NCBI GenBank assembly: GCA_036785375.1
Contig: JAWMAR010000070.1
Location: 7,068,001 to 7,132,000, forward strand
Direction of reading: 5' to 3'
From: Leucoraja ocellata
Lineage: Eukaryota
Length of the DNA: 64,000 bases
The translations under genes and the position numbers were made by a program. This document shows positions 23,368 to 35,753 of the stretch, piece by piece (position 1 is the stretch's first letter; the number at the start of each line of letters is the position of its first letter). The notes under the pieces are model-generated. The model searched no databases. It was not told where the DNA came from and saw nothing but the letters and a program-made list of their open reading frames with translations.

Positions 23368-23907
23368 ATGGGACTGCAGAGATGGATAGGATTCATGGTC
23401 CTTGTGGAGATGGTGTGGCAAGTCTCCGTAACTGGAACAGGTCCGATCTCCAGAGAATGGGGAGAGGAAGCAAACTTGGCCGGGCGGAACGCACGGGCGT
23501 ATTTCAAAGTCACCAATAAACCGCTTCCAAGATGCACGAACGAGTCAGATTCTGATGCCATCAGTCATCACCCATCACCGATTAACAAGAAGGTGCTCGT
23601 TGCATCTCTGGGCGGTTCTGTTACGTTGCCATGTAATATATCCATCCTTAAAAATCATTACAGGTTTGTTGAATGGATAAAAGATGGTGTTGAAATTGCC
23701 CATTTCCATGAGAGAGCGTATGCGCATTATACGGGATCTGATGTTCACTGGAAGTTCGTTGATCACGACGTCTATGTGACTCAGGACGCCACGTTGCTCC
23801 TGACAGGTGTAAAAGAGGAAGATAAAGGGACGTATTCCTGTGTTTGGTCCGTGTATAGAGATAGACCGTTTTGTGAATTATTGATGCAGCTGATGATCTC
23901 TCACTGA
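23368..23907 (+). CDS. Secreted single V-type Ig-domain precursor, type B copy 1 (B1), 179 aa; the RxxR site is altered to RAYFK
   Basis: Shared leader, then GGSVTLPC, VEWIKDG, DATLLL, EDKGTYSC and PFCELL. The stop follows ISH and there is no TM segment. Confidence 0.85.
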   Translation: MGLQRWIGFMVLVEMVWQVSVTGTGPISREWGEEANLAGRNARAYFKVTNKPLPRCTNESDSDAISHHPSPINKKVLVASLGGSVTLPCNISILKNHYRFVEWIKDGVEIAHFHERAYAHYTGSDVHWKFVDHDVYVTQDATLLLTGVKEEDKGTYSCVWSVYRDRPFCELLMQLMISH

Positions 23908-24129
23908 TTCAGCAGGGCCAGTCCCAGGGTCAGTAGCAAAGTCTAGTTTAGTTTAGTTTTGTTCAGAGGTACAACAGGGAAACAAGCCCTTCGGCCCACA
24001 GAGTCAATGGGGACCAGTGATCACCCCATATACTAGTTCTATCCCACACACTAGATACAATTTACACTGACCAATTAACCTACAAACCTGCACGTCTCTG
24101 GGGTGTGGGACGAAACCGGAGCACCCGGA

Positions 24130-24610
24130 TTCCAAAGAGGAAGGAAGATTCCAAGGGGAGTTAGGGGCGACCGTGGCTGACAAGGGAAGTCAGGGACACT
24201 ATCACAATAAAAGAGAACAGGTATAACGTTGCAAAGATGAGCGGAAAGCCAGGGGATTGGGTAACTCTTTTAAAGAGCAACAGAAGATAACTAAAAAAGC
24301 AATACGGGGAGAAATGATGAGGTATGAAGGTAAGATAGCCAAGAATAGTAAGGAGGATCGTAAAAGCTTCTTTAGATATGTGAAAAAAATTAGTTCAGAC
24401 TAAAATTGGACCTTTATAGACTAAAAACTTTGGATCCGTCTTCACTAAGGAGAACACAAACAATCTCCCTGATGTATTAGTGGTCAGAGGATCTGGGGAC
24501 AACGGAGAGCCAGTGGATGTAGTGTACCTGGACTTGCAGGAAGTATTTGATAAGGTCCCACATAGGAGATTAGTGGGCAAAATTAGAGCACATGGTATTG
24601 GGGGAAGGGC
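24130..24610 (+). mobile_element. Internally deleted CR1 ORF2 fragments in the predicted 3' UTR of B genes (also ~31265-31745, 37770-38315, 44320-44865)
   Basis: PWLTREV.., FGSVFTKE and [17 protein letters not shown] motifs. Confidence 0.7.
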
Positions 24611-24751
24611 CTGTTTCCATATTGTTTGACTCTGACACTAAGTAGGGAAGAGTAAAGGTATAAAGATGAGCAGCGTGGAAGGTGTGAGCGTGGATCGCAT
24701 GCAGTGAGGAGAACTGACCTTGCTTGCTCCGGTAAATGTACGTTTAATGTA

Positions 24752-24757
24752 AATAAA
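24752..24757 (+). terminator. Candidate polyadenylation signal of B1 (B2 31888-31893, B3 38456-38461, B4 45006-45011)
   Basis: AATAAA conserved with the type A genes, followed by a GT-rich element. Confidence 0.5.
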
Positions 24758-24871
24758 CTTTCTTCTGCCTGCCCTGAAGACAGCCGGTGTGAGTGATTCT
24801 TTGTACGCCAGCATTGAGTTGGGTGTGAACTTTGTGCAACTTTTGCTCACTACGGGCAACATCGCCGGATT

Positions 24872-25030
24872 AAAGGGCCTGTCCCACGAGCATGCGACTC
24901 CATGCGGCAAGCGCGACCTAACGTGGTCACTTGAGCCGTACGGCCTCGCGGGGCCGGTCCCACTTTGATCGCCGGAGCCGTATGGAGTTGTGTGGAGCTG
25001 GTCCCGACATCGCGCGGGGCTCTGAAAAAC
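24872..25030. mobile_element. Truncated PIF/Harbinger-like non-autonomous element end (in each B unit; related end at ~20846-21022)
   Basis: Begins taaAGGGCCTGTCCCAC and interrupts the conserved 3' block relative to type A. Only one end is visible. Confidence 0.4.
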
Positions 25031-25039
25031 TGAATATGT

Positions 25040-25324
25040 TAGGATATGGAAACAGGTTCTTCGGCCCACCGAGTCTAACCCAACCAGTGATCACCCCTAC
25101 ACTAGTTCTAACCTACACACTACGGACAATTTACTGAAGCCAATTAACCTACAAATCTACACATCTTTGTAATCTGAAAGGAAACCAGAGCACCCGGAGG
25201 AAACCCACGTGGTCACAGGGACAATGTACATACACTGTACAGACAGTGCCCGTAGTTACCATCGAAGGCGGGTCTCTAGCGCTGTAAGGCAGCAACTCTA
25301 CCGCTGCGCCACTGTACCGCCCCT
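25040..25324 (-). mobile_element. tRNA-derived SINE (also ~32175-32460, 38745-39000, 45295-45578; 3' partial copies just after each B/C stop codon)
   Basis: Head ggggcggtacagtggcgcagcggtagagttgctgcc..gacccgccttcgat has A-box- and B-box-like motifs. Confidence 0.7.
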
Positions 25325-26111
25325 GCATTGCCCTCGTGCATTGTTAGGGCTGCTGATTAGAGTCCAGTTTTGACCCTCGTTGGGTGTCAATTGTGGTTGT
25401 CAAGGAGCTTTCTTACCTCCGTATGGAGCCTGGTCTTCCAGTTATAGACCCACACCACCCTGGCCACACTCTCGTATCACCACTACTGAGGGGAAAGTAC
25501 AGGAGCCTGAGAACCGTGAGCTCCAGGTTCAAGAGCAGCTTCTTCCCAGCAAGCACAAGGTTGTTGAACCAGCCTGCACAACCCCAACCATAACCCTACG
25601 CCACTCACCACAACCCTACACAACCCTGATGGACACTGCACCACTGGTGATATAAAGTTACTGTGCAGACCAAGTGCAGATCCATTGGGTCTGCTCCCCC
25701 AACGCAATATTCCACCACTCACCCGCTCCCCAACACTATATTCCACCACTCACTCATAGCCCCCAACTCTGGAGGCGCGGCTCATTTCGCCGCATCCCCT
25801 CTTCCTACTCTTCACCCTCCCTCTTCAATACCTAGAGGGAGAGAGGAGGGGGAGAGAAGGAGAGAGGCAGAGAGAAAGGAGGTAGAGAGAGAGTGGGAAG
25901 GGGTAGAGGGAGAAGGAGGGTGGTAGTGGGGGGGGGGGAGGGATTAAATACATTCTTCTCAAGCTTACCCCCAGTCTAGTTCAGTCAAAAACCACTGAGT
26001 CAAGCACTGGAACAACTAATCTTTATTTTTGGATTGTACATCAAATTCCCCTACACGATACCTAAACCACTGCGGGTTCAATCCTTGTATCTGCTTGGCC
26101 AAGCCCTTCAG

Positions 26112-27907
26112 GTCCCTTGCAGTCAGAAGCAAGTGAATTGATCATGGGGAACAAGGACATGGCAGACCAATTGAATAACTACTTTGGTTCTGTCTTCACT
26201 AAGGAAGACATAAATAATCTGCCGGAAATAGCAGGGGACCGCGGGTCAAATGAGATGGAGGAACTGAGTGAAATCCAGGTTAGCCGGGAAGTGGTGGTAG
26301 GTAAATTGAATGAATTAAAAGCCGATAAATCCCCAGGGCCAGATAGGTTGCATCCCAGAGTACTTAAGGAAGTAGCCCCAGAAATAGTGGATGCATTAGT
26401 GATAATTTTTCAAAACTCTTTAGATTTGGAAGTAGTTCCTGAGGATTGGAGGGTAGCTAATGTAACACCACATTTTAAAAAGAGAGGGAGAGAGAAAATG
26501 GGGAATTACAGACCAGTTAGTCTAACGTCGGTAGTGGGGAAACTGCTAGAATCAGTTATTAAAGATGGGATAGTAGCACATTTGGAAAGTGGTGAAATCA
26601 TTGGACAAGGTCAGCATGGATTTATGAAGGGTAAATCATGTCTGACGAATCTTATAGAATTTTTCGAGGATGTAACTAGTAGAGTGGATAAGGGAGAACC
26701 AGTGGATGTGTTGTATCTGGACTTCCAGAAGGCTTTCAACAAGGTCCCACATAAGAGATTAGTATACAAACTTAAAGCACACGGTATTGGGGGTTCAGTA
26801 CTGATGTGGATAGAGAACTGGCTGGCAGACAGAAAGCAAAGAGTAGGAGTAAACGGGTCCTTTTCAGAATGGCAGGCAGTGACTAGTGGGGTACCGCAAG
26901 GCTCAGTTCTGGGACCCCAGCTATTTACGGTATATATTAATGATTTGGACGAGGGAATTGAATGCAACATCTCCAAGTTTGCGGATGACACAAAGCTGGG
27001 GGCAGTGTTAGCTGTGAGGAGGATGCTAGGAGGCTGCAAGGTGACTTGGATAGGCTGGGTTGGTGGGCAAATGCATGGCAGATGCAGTATAATGTGGATA
27101 AATGTGAGGTTATCCACTTTGGTGGCAAAAACAGGAAATTAGACTATTATCTGAATGGTGGCCGATTAGGAAAGGGGGAGATGCAACGAGACCTGGGTGT
27201 CATGGTACACCAGTCATTAAAAGTAGGCATGCAGGTGCAGCAGGCAGTGAAGAAGGCGAATGGTATTTTAGCATTCATAGCAAAAGGATTTGAGTATAGG
27301 AGAAGGGAGGTTCTACTGCAGTTGTACATGCTCTTGGTGAGACCACACCTGGAGTATTGCGTACAGTTTGGTCTCTTAATCTGAGGAAAGACATTCTTGC
27401 CATAGAGGGAGTACAGAGAAGGCTCACCAGACTGATTCCTGGGATGTCAGGACTTTCATATGACGAAAGACTGGATAGACTCGGTTTGTACTCGCTAGAA
27501 TTTAGAAGATTGAGGGGGGATCTTATAGAAACTTACAAAATTCTTAAGGGGTTGGACAGGCTAGATGCAGGAAAATTGGTCCCGATGTTGGGGAAGTCCA
27601 GAACAAGGGGTCACAGTTTAAGGATAAGGGGGAAATCTTTTGGGGCCGAGATGAGGAAAACTTTTTTCACACAGCGTGGTGAATCTCTGGAATTCTCTGC
27701 CGCAGAAGGTAGTTGAAGCCAGTTCATTGGCTATATTTAAGAGGGAGTTAGATGTGGCCCTTGTGGCTAAATGGATCAGGTGGTATGGAGAGAACGCAGG
27801 TACAGGATACTGAGTTGGATGATCTGCCATGATCATATTGAATGGCAGTGCAGGCTCGAAGGGCCGAATGGCCTACTCCTGCACCTGTACCTATATATGT
27901 TTCTATG
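26112..27907 (+). mobile_element. 5'-truncated CR1 LINE, 1.8 kb, RT domain frameshifted
   Basis: [37 protein letters not shown] and FADD motifs plus 3' UTR. It is flanked by a TTCAG direct repeat, and the empty site is visible at ~33390 and ~39934. Confidence 0.9.
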
Positions 27908-28577
27908 TTCAGCCTCGTGCAAGCAGAAACACTCCAAAAGGTCACGCTGTCCCAAGGATTCTTCCAGAAGATCGACAAAGGACCTCGTGGGGGCTGCCTT
28001 TTATAAGTCCCCGAACCTTGAGGGGCCGAACTACATAGGGGTGGTCTCTTTACAATCCAATCAAACATATTAATTACATCAGTATATTATAGACAGTTCC
28101 CCAGACCACTAACAGTCTCCCACACATTGTTTCAGGAGAAGCTTCTGGAAGATGCTAACTTAACTTGAATAATGCAACATTTACCCTGGAATTCAAACAA
28201 ACCTGCCAGGGCTCAACACTTTAGCCAATCAACAAACAGTAGGATAACTGCCTGGCACATTATGTACAATATTTACAATGCTGTTACAGTAATCTAATCA
28301 ACCATGCATTTACACTTCATTGGAGGTCATCTCCATGCATGGAAATCGGTATCAAAACATGGGGGGGGCACAATTCCATGGCGGCACACATGCACACGCG
28401 TGCATGCGGCACACACGCGAGGATTCAGCCATGGGCCCTGTGGACGGTAACATCGGGAACTGACTTGGTTGGTGACCGACTCCGAACTCCAGCAACAGCA
28501 GCTTCGTCCGCCCGGAATCGTGGGGCTTGAATCGGCCCGTTCGCGGGGCCTTTCATCGCCCGGCGGGGGTTTCAACA

Positions 28578-29342
28578 TTGGTATTGATGTGGATAGAGAA
28601 CTGGCTGGCAGACAGAAAGCAAAGAGTAGGAGTAAACGGGTCCTTTTCAGAATGGCAGACAGTGACTAGTGGGGTACTGCAAGGCTCAGTGCTGGGACCC
28701 CAGCTATTTACAATATATATTAATGATTTGAATGAGGGAGTTGAATGCAACATCTCCAAGTTTGCGGATGACACGAAACTGGGGGGCAGTGTTAGCTGTG
28801 AGGAGGACGCTAGGAGGCCGCAAGGTGACTTGGATAGGTTGGGTTAGTGGGAAAATGAATGGAAGATGCAGTATAATGTGGATAGATGTGAGGTTATCCA
28901 TTTTGGTGGCAAAAACAGGAAAGTAGATTATTATCTGAATGGTGGCCGATTAGGAAAAGGGGAGATGCAACGAGACCTGGGTGTCATGGTACACCGGTCA
29001 TTAAAAGTGGGCATGCAGGTGCAGCAGGCAGTGAAGAAAGAGAATGGTATGTTAGCTTTCATTGCAAAAGGATTTGAGTATAAGAGCAGGGAGGTTCTAC
29101 TGCAGTTGTACAAGGTCTTGGTGAGACCACACCTGGAGTATTGCGTACAGTTTTGGTCTCATAATCTGAGGAAAGACATTCTTGCCATAGAGAGAGTACA
29201 GAGAAAGTTCACCAGACTGATTCCTGGGATGGCAGGACTTTATGGCATACTGAGTTGGATGATCAGTATAATCATATTAAATGGCAGTGCAGGCTCGAAG
29301 GGCCGAATGGCCTACTCCTGCACCTATTTTCCATGTTTCTAT
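28578..29342 (+). mobile_element. Internally deleted CR1 RT fragment (also 34038-34822, 40582-41366 and a further-deleted 48948-49166)
   Basis: [17 protein letters not shown] and YCVQFWS motifs joined directly to the 3' UTR. Confidence 0.85.
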
Positions 29343-29630
29343 GGGAGCCTCGATCGCCTCGATGCAGCAGTTTGATTTTAAGCCGCTTGGGCGCTGAAAG
29401 GCCCCGCGAACGGGACGATTCTGCCCATAGAAAGCGTCTGATAAAGTCCGGAACACAAAACATGGGCGGGGGGGGAATCGTCCCCCACCTCCCAAAGCAT
29501 AGGGGGACATGCCCCCTGTCCCCCCCCCCCAGGATTCCTGCCCATGGCGGTCACGATGTCTCCTTCACCGCCGCAGTCTCGACGCCTCTATGATGGCCGC
29601 GAAAAACTCAGATCTCTGGGTTGACCAGAA

Positions 29631-29964
29631 CGAGACGTGGTGGAGACACAAGCAGGATGTGTGGGGCGCCTGGTTGGCCGCTGGCAGCTGGGATGACGTT
29701 GTTCTTGTTAAACGTTAACGGCTGATGCAACGACACGTTTGGCAGAGGGTGGAGAGGTCGCGGCTGACTCCGGCCAATGCTCCGTGGGAGGCAGTGATTG
29801 GTTGAATGTACGTGAGGGCAGACAATGAGGGGCAGGAGAAGCCGGGAGTCGGTATAAAAGGAGCGAGCGATGGCAGGAGATGAGAACAAGACCGACCCCG
29901 TCACCCTGTGTGGAGACTCCGGAGCTGGTAACCAACCCTGTGGATCCTTCAAGTGTCTGTGAGT
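29631..29964 (+). promoter_or_regulatory. Promoter and first exon of B2
   Basis: ERSE at 29783-29801, TATAAAA at 29853-29859 and donor at 29959. Confidence 0.7.
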
Positions 29965-30506
29965 GATGGGGGTGGGATTGTCTCTGTTCACTGTTCCCCC
30001 AGTTCAGAAGCCTGATAGCAGAGGGGAAGAAGCTGTTCCTGAGTCTGGTGGTGCGCGCTTTCAAGCTTCTGTACCTTCTGCTAGACAGGACCAGGGAGAA
30101 GGAGGAATGACAGGGGTGGGACAAGTGATGGAGTCATAGAGTCACAGCGAGACCTTCGGCCCAACTTGCCCGCGCCCACCAACGTGTCCCCATCAATACT
30201 AGACCCACCTGCCTGCGTTTGGCCCTTACCCCTCTAATCCTGTCCTATCAATGTACCTGTCTAACTGTTTCTTAATCATTGTGATAGTACCTGCCTCAAC
30301 TACCTCTTCCGGCAGCTCGTTCCAAACACCCTCCACCCTTTGTGTAAAAAAAGTCACCCCTCAGTTTCCCATGAAATCTTTCCCCCCCTCACCTTAAACC
30401 GATGTCCTCTGGTTCTCGATTCCCCAACTCTGGGCGGGTTCAGGGAATGTCATCATGAATCCTACTGAGTTGCAATAAGGTGACCCATTGTTTCACCCAC
30501 AGGAAC

Positions 30507-31043
30507 ATGGGGCTGCAGAGATGGATAGGATTCATGGTCCTTGTGGAGATGGTGTGGCAAGTCTCCGTAACTGGAACAGGTCCGATCTCCAGCGAATGGG
30601 GAGAGGAAGCAAACTTGGCCGGGTGGAATGCACGGGCCCCTCGGCAAGTCACCGATGAACAGCTTCCAAGATGCACGGACAAGTCAGATTCTGATGCCAT
30701 CAGTCATCACCTATCAACGATTAACAAGAAGGTGCTCGTTGCATCTCTGGGTGGTTCTGTTACGTTGCCATGTAATGTATCCAACGTTGACAATAGTCCC
30801 ACGGTTACATGGAAAAAAGATGGTGTTGAAATTGCCTATTTCCATAGTAGAGTGCATGAGCGTTATAAGGGATCTGATGTTCATTGGAAGTTCGTGGAAC
30901 GAAACGTCCTTTGGAAACAGGACGCCACGTTGCTCCTGACAGGTGTAAAAGAGGAAGATACAGGGACGTATTCCTGTGTTTGGATCAAGTATCCTAAGAA
31001 ACCGTTTTGTGAATTATTGATGCAGCTGATGATCTCTCACTGA
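30507..31043 (+). CDS. Secreted single V-type Ig-domain precursor, type B copy 2 (B2), 178 aa
   Basis: Leader, RAPR|Q, TLPC, VTWKKDG, EDTGTYSC and PFC. Confidence 0.85.
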   Translation: MGLQRWIGFMVLVEMVWQVSVTGTGPISSEWGEEANLAGWNARAPRQVTDEQLPRCTDKSDSDAISHHLSTINKKVLVASLGGSVTLPCNVSNVDNSPTVTWKKDGVEIAYFHSRVHERYKGSDVHWKFVERNVLWKQDATLLLTGVKEEDTGTYSCVWIKYPKKPFCELLMQLMISH

Positions 31044-34000
31044 TTCAGCAGGGCCAGTCCCAGGGTCAGTAACAAAGTCTAGTTTAGTTTAGTTCCGTTC
31101 AGAGGTACAACAGGGAAACAAGCCCTTCGGCCCACAGAGTCAATGGGGACCAGTGATCACCCCATATACTAGTACTATCCCACACACTAGATACAATTTA
31201 CACTGACCAATTAACCTACAAACCTGCACGTCTCTGGGGTGTGGGACGAAACCGGAGCTCCCGGATTCCAAAGAGGAAGGAAGATTCCAAGGGGAGTTAG
31301 GGGCGACCGTGGCTGACAAGGGAAGTCAGGGACACTATCACAATAAAAGAGAACAGGTATAACGTTGCAAAGATGAGCGGAAAGCCAGGGGATTGGGTAA
31401 CTCTTTTAAAGAGCAACAGAAGATAACCAAAAAAGCAATACGGGGAGAAAAGATGAGGTATGAAGGTAAGATAGCCAAGAATAGAAAGGAGGATCGTAAA
31501 AGCTTCTTTAGATATGTGAAAAAAATTAGTTCAGACTAAAATTGGTCCTTTATAGACTAAAAACTTTGGATCCGTCTTCACTAAGGAGAACACAAACAAT
31601 CTCCCTGATGTACTAGTGGCCAGAGGATCTGGGGACAATGGAGAGCCAGTGGATGTAGTGTACCTGGACTTGCAGGAAGTATTTGATAAGGTCCCACATA
31701 GGAGATTAATGGGCAAAATTAGAGCACATGGTATTGGGGGAAGGGCCTGTTTCCATATTGTTTGACTCTGACACTAAGTAGGGAATAGTAAAGGTATAAA
31801 GATGAGCAGCGTGGAAGGTGTGAGCGTGGATCACATGCAGTGAGGAGAACTGACCTTGCTTGCACCGGTAAATGTACGTTTAATTTAAATAAACTCTCTT
31901 CTGCCTGCCCTGAAGACAGCCGGTGTGAGTGATTCTTTGTACGCCAGCATTGAGTTGGGTGTGAACTTTGTGCAACTTTTGCTCACTACGGGCAACATCG
32001 CCGGATTAAAGGGCCTGTCCCACGAGCATGCGACTGCATGCGGCAAGCGCGACCTAACGTGGTCACTTGAGCCGTACGGCCTCGCGGGGCCGGTCCCACT
32101 TTGATCGCCGGAGCCGTATGGAGTTGTGTGGAGCTGGTCCCGACATCGCGCGGGGCTCTGAAAAACTGAATATGTTAGGATATGGAAACAGGTTCTTCGG
32201 CCCACCGAGTCTAACCCAACCAGTGATCACCCCTACACTAGTTCTAACCTACACACTAGGGACAATTTACTGAAGCCAATTAACCATCAAATCTACACGT
32301 CTTTGTAATCTGAAAGGGAACCAGAGCACCCGGAGGAAACCCACATGGTCACAGGGACAATGTACATACACTGTACAGACAGTGCGCGTAGTTACAATCG
32401 AAGGCGGGTCTCTAGCGCTGTAAGGCAGCAACTCTACCGCTGCGCCACTGTACCGCCCCTGCATTGCCCTCGTGCATTGTTAGGGCTGCTGATTAGAGTC
32501 CAGTTTTGACCCTCGTTGGGTGTCAATTGTGGTTGTCAAGGAGCTTTCTTACCTCCATATGGAGCCTGGTCTTCCAGTTATAGACCCACACCACCCTGGC
32601 CACACTCTCTTATCACCACTACTGAGGGGAAGGTACAGGAGCCTGAGAACCGTGAGCTCCAGGTTCAAGAGCAGCTTCTTCCCAGCAAGCACAAGGTTGT
32701 TGAACCAGCCTGCACAACCCCAACCACAACCCTACGCCACTCACCACAACCCTACACAACCCTGATGGACACTGCACCACTGGTGATGCCCCACGTACGT
32801 TGTCTTGTACTATCATGGTCTGGTTTACTTGGAATAACTGAGACCTTATTGTGTACTTATGGTGTAAGTATATAATCATGATAGGCCAGGGTAGACAGTG
32901 GAGGGCTGCCACTACAGAGCCACCCATAGACCTGATAGAATTATATAAAGTTACTGTGCAGACCAAGTACAAACCCAACGCAATATTCCACCACTCATCC
33001 ATTCCCCAACGCTATATTCCACCACTCACTCATAGCCCCTAATTGTGCAGGAGCGGCTCATTTCTCCGTTTCCCCTCTTCCTCCTCTTCACCCTCCCTCT
33101 TCAATACCTAGAGAGGGAGGAGGGGTAGAGGGAGGGCGTAGAGAGGGAGAGAGGCAGAGAGAAAGGGGGTAGAGAGAGAGTGGGAAGGGGTAGAGGGTGA
33201 GGGGGGGGTAGAGTGGGGTGGAGGGATTAAATACATTATTTTCAAGCTTACCCCCAGTCTAGTTCAGTCAAAAACCACTGAGTCAAGCACTGGAACAATT
33301 AATCTTTATTTTTGGACTGTACATCTAATTCAACTACACGATACCTAAACCACTGCGGGTTCGATCCTTGTATCTGCTTGGCCAAACCCTTCAGCCTCGT
33401 GCAAGCAGAAACACTCCAAAAGGTCACGCTGTCCCAAGGATTCTTCCAGAAGATCGACAAAGGACCTCGTGGGGGCTGCCTTTTATAAGTCCCCGAACCT
33501 TGAGGGGCCGAACTACATAGGGGTGGTCTCTTTACAATCCAATCAAACATATTAATTACATCAGTATATTATAGACAGTTCCCCAGACCACTAACAGATC
33601 CCATACATTGTTTCAGGAGAAGCTTCTGGAAGATGCTAACTTAACTTGAATAATGCAACATTTACCCTGGAATTCAAACAAACCTGCCAGTGCTCAACAC
33701 TTTAGCCAATCAACAAACAGTAGGATAACTGCCTGGCACATTATATACAATATTTACAATGCTGTTGCAGTAATCCAATCAACCATGCATTTACACTTCA
33801 TTGGAGGTCATCTCCTTGCACGGAAATCGGCATCAAAACATGGGGGTGCACAATTCCATGGCGGCACACATGCACACGTGTGCATGCGGCACACACGCGA
33901 GGATTCGGCCATGGGCCCTGTGGACGGTAACATCGGGAGCTGACTTGGTTGGTGACCGACTCCGAACTCCAGCAACAGCAGCTTCGTCCGCCCGGAATCG

Positions 34001-35079
34001 TGAGGCTTGAATCGGCCCGTTCGCGGGGCCTTTCATCGCCCGACGGGGGTTTCAACATTGGTATTGATGTGGATAGAGAACTGGCTGGCAGACAGAAAGC
34101 AAAGAGTAGGAGTAAACGGGTCCTTTTCAGAATGGCAGGCAGTGACTAGTGGGGTACTGCAAGACTCAGTGCTGGGACCCCAGCTATTTACGATATATAT
34201 TAATGATCTGGATGAGGGAGTTGAATGCAACATCTCCAAGTTTGCAGATGACACGAAATGGGGGGCAGTGTTAGCTGTGAGGAGGATGCTAGGAGGCTGC
34301 AAGGTGACTTGGATATGTTGGGTGAGTGGGCAAATGCATGGAAGATGCAGTATAATGTGGATAAATGTGAGGTTATCCATTTTGGTGTAAAAAACAGGAA
34401 AGTAGATTATTATCTGAATGGTGGCCGATTAGGAAAAGGGGAGATGCAACGAGACCTGGGTGTCATGGTACACCAGTCATTAAAAGTGGGCATGCAGGTG
34501 CAGCAGGCAGTGAAGAAAGAGAATGGTATGTTAGCATTCATAGCAAAAGGATTTGAGTATAAGAGCAGGGAGGTTCTACTGCAGTTGTACAGGGTCTTGG
34601 TGAGACCACACCTGGAGTATTGCGTACAGTTTTGGTCTCCTAATCTGAGGAAGGACATTCTTGCCATAGAGGGAGTACAGAGAAGGTTCACCAGACTGAT
34701 TCCTGGGATGTCAGGACTTTATGGCATACTGAGTTGGATGATCAGTATAATCATATTAAATGGCAGTGCAGGCTCGAAGGGCCGAATGGCCTACTCCTGC
34801 ACCTATTTTCTACGTTTCTATGGGAGCCTCGATCGCCTCGATGCAGCAGTTTGATTTTAAGCCGCTCGGGCGCTGAAAGGCCCCGCGAACGGGACGATTC
34901 TGCCCATAGAAAGCGTCTGATAAAGTCCGGAACACAAAACATGGGCGGGGGGGGGAATCGTCCCCACCTCCCAAAGCATAGGGGACGTGCCCCCTGTCCC
35001 CCCCCCCAGGATTTCTGCCCATGGCGGTGACGATATCTCCTTCACCGCCGCAGTCTCGACGCCTCTTTGATGGCCGCGA

Positions 35080-35753
35080 AAAACCCCATGTGGGGCGTAG
35101 AAGGCCGGGTCGGATAAAGCGGAAAGTTAATTTCAATGAGGTCATCCCCCTGACATCACTGGAAGCTGCTGGTCGACCACTCCCCCTTTGTGACATCACT
35201 CGAAGCGGGGTGAAGGTTTGCCGTTTAATAAGTTGGTTTTCACTATTTTTAAAACGCTATAACTTGTGAACTACAGCATGTAATGTGAAGTGGAGCAGTT
35301 TATTTTGTCAAAGGGGTTAATGTGATTAATAATGTGCGGAGGAGGGGAGGAGGAGAGGGGAGAGAAGGAGGAGGGTAAAGACGAGGGGGAGGGAGTGTAA
35401 GAGACTCGCCTGCGCAGTTGTGGGGTATGGGTGAGTGGTGGAATATTACGTTGGGGGGACGGGTACATCGCAAAGGAATCTCATTTAGATTTCTTGGGAG
35501 GAGGCTTTTCATTGTGGGGGGTGGAATTGCTGAGAGGTTTCATTTACTCCTTATTTATAAAATAATTACGATTGTGGGGAGGGGTGGGTTGGGGGCGGGG
35601 GCTCCCCGTTTCATTGTGGGGGGGTGGAGTAAGAGAGAGGTTTCATTTCCAGAATTTTCCTTGCTAGGGGATGGGGTGAGTATTGTGGGGTATGGGTGAG
35701 TGGTGGAATATTACGTTGGGGGAACGGGACCCAACGGGTCCCACTTGGTCTAG
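35080..35753 (+). mobile_element. Putative non-autonomous Helitron-like element (3' end defined, 5' end approximate); copies end at 42297 and 50107
   Basis: Hairpin GGGACCC-AAC-GGGTCCC (35726-35742), a 7-nt gap, then CTAG|T. Confidence 0.45.

Noticed and set aside
26117-27716. Long RT ORFs as a functional or domesticated gene
   Set aside because: This is a 5'-truncated, frameshifted CR1 copy, and the empty site is visible in paralogous units.
28335-29548. GC-rich segment with loosely inverted ends (catg..gaaatc / gattcctgcccatg) as a hAT-type MITE hosting the CR1 fragment
   Set aside because: The terminal match is weak and I could not identify a TSD, so it is left uncalled.
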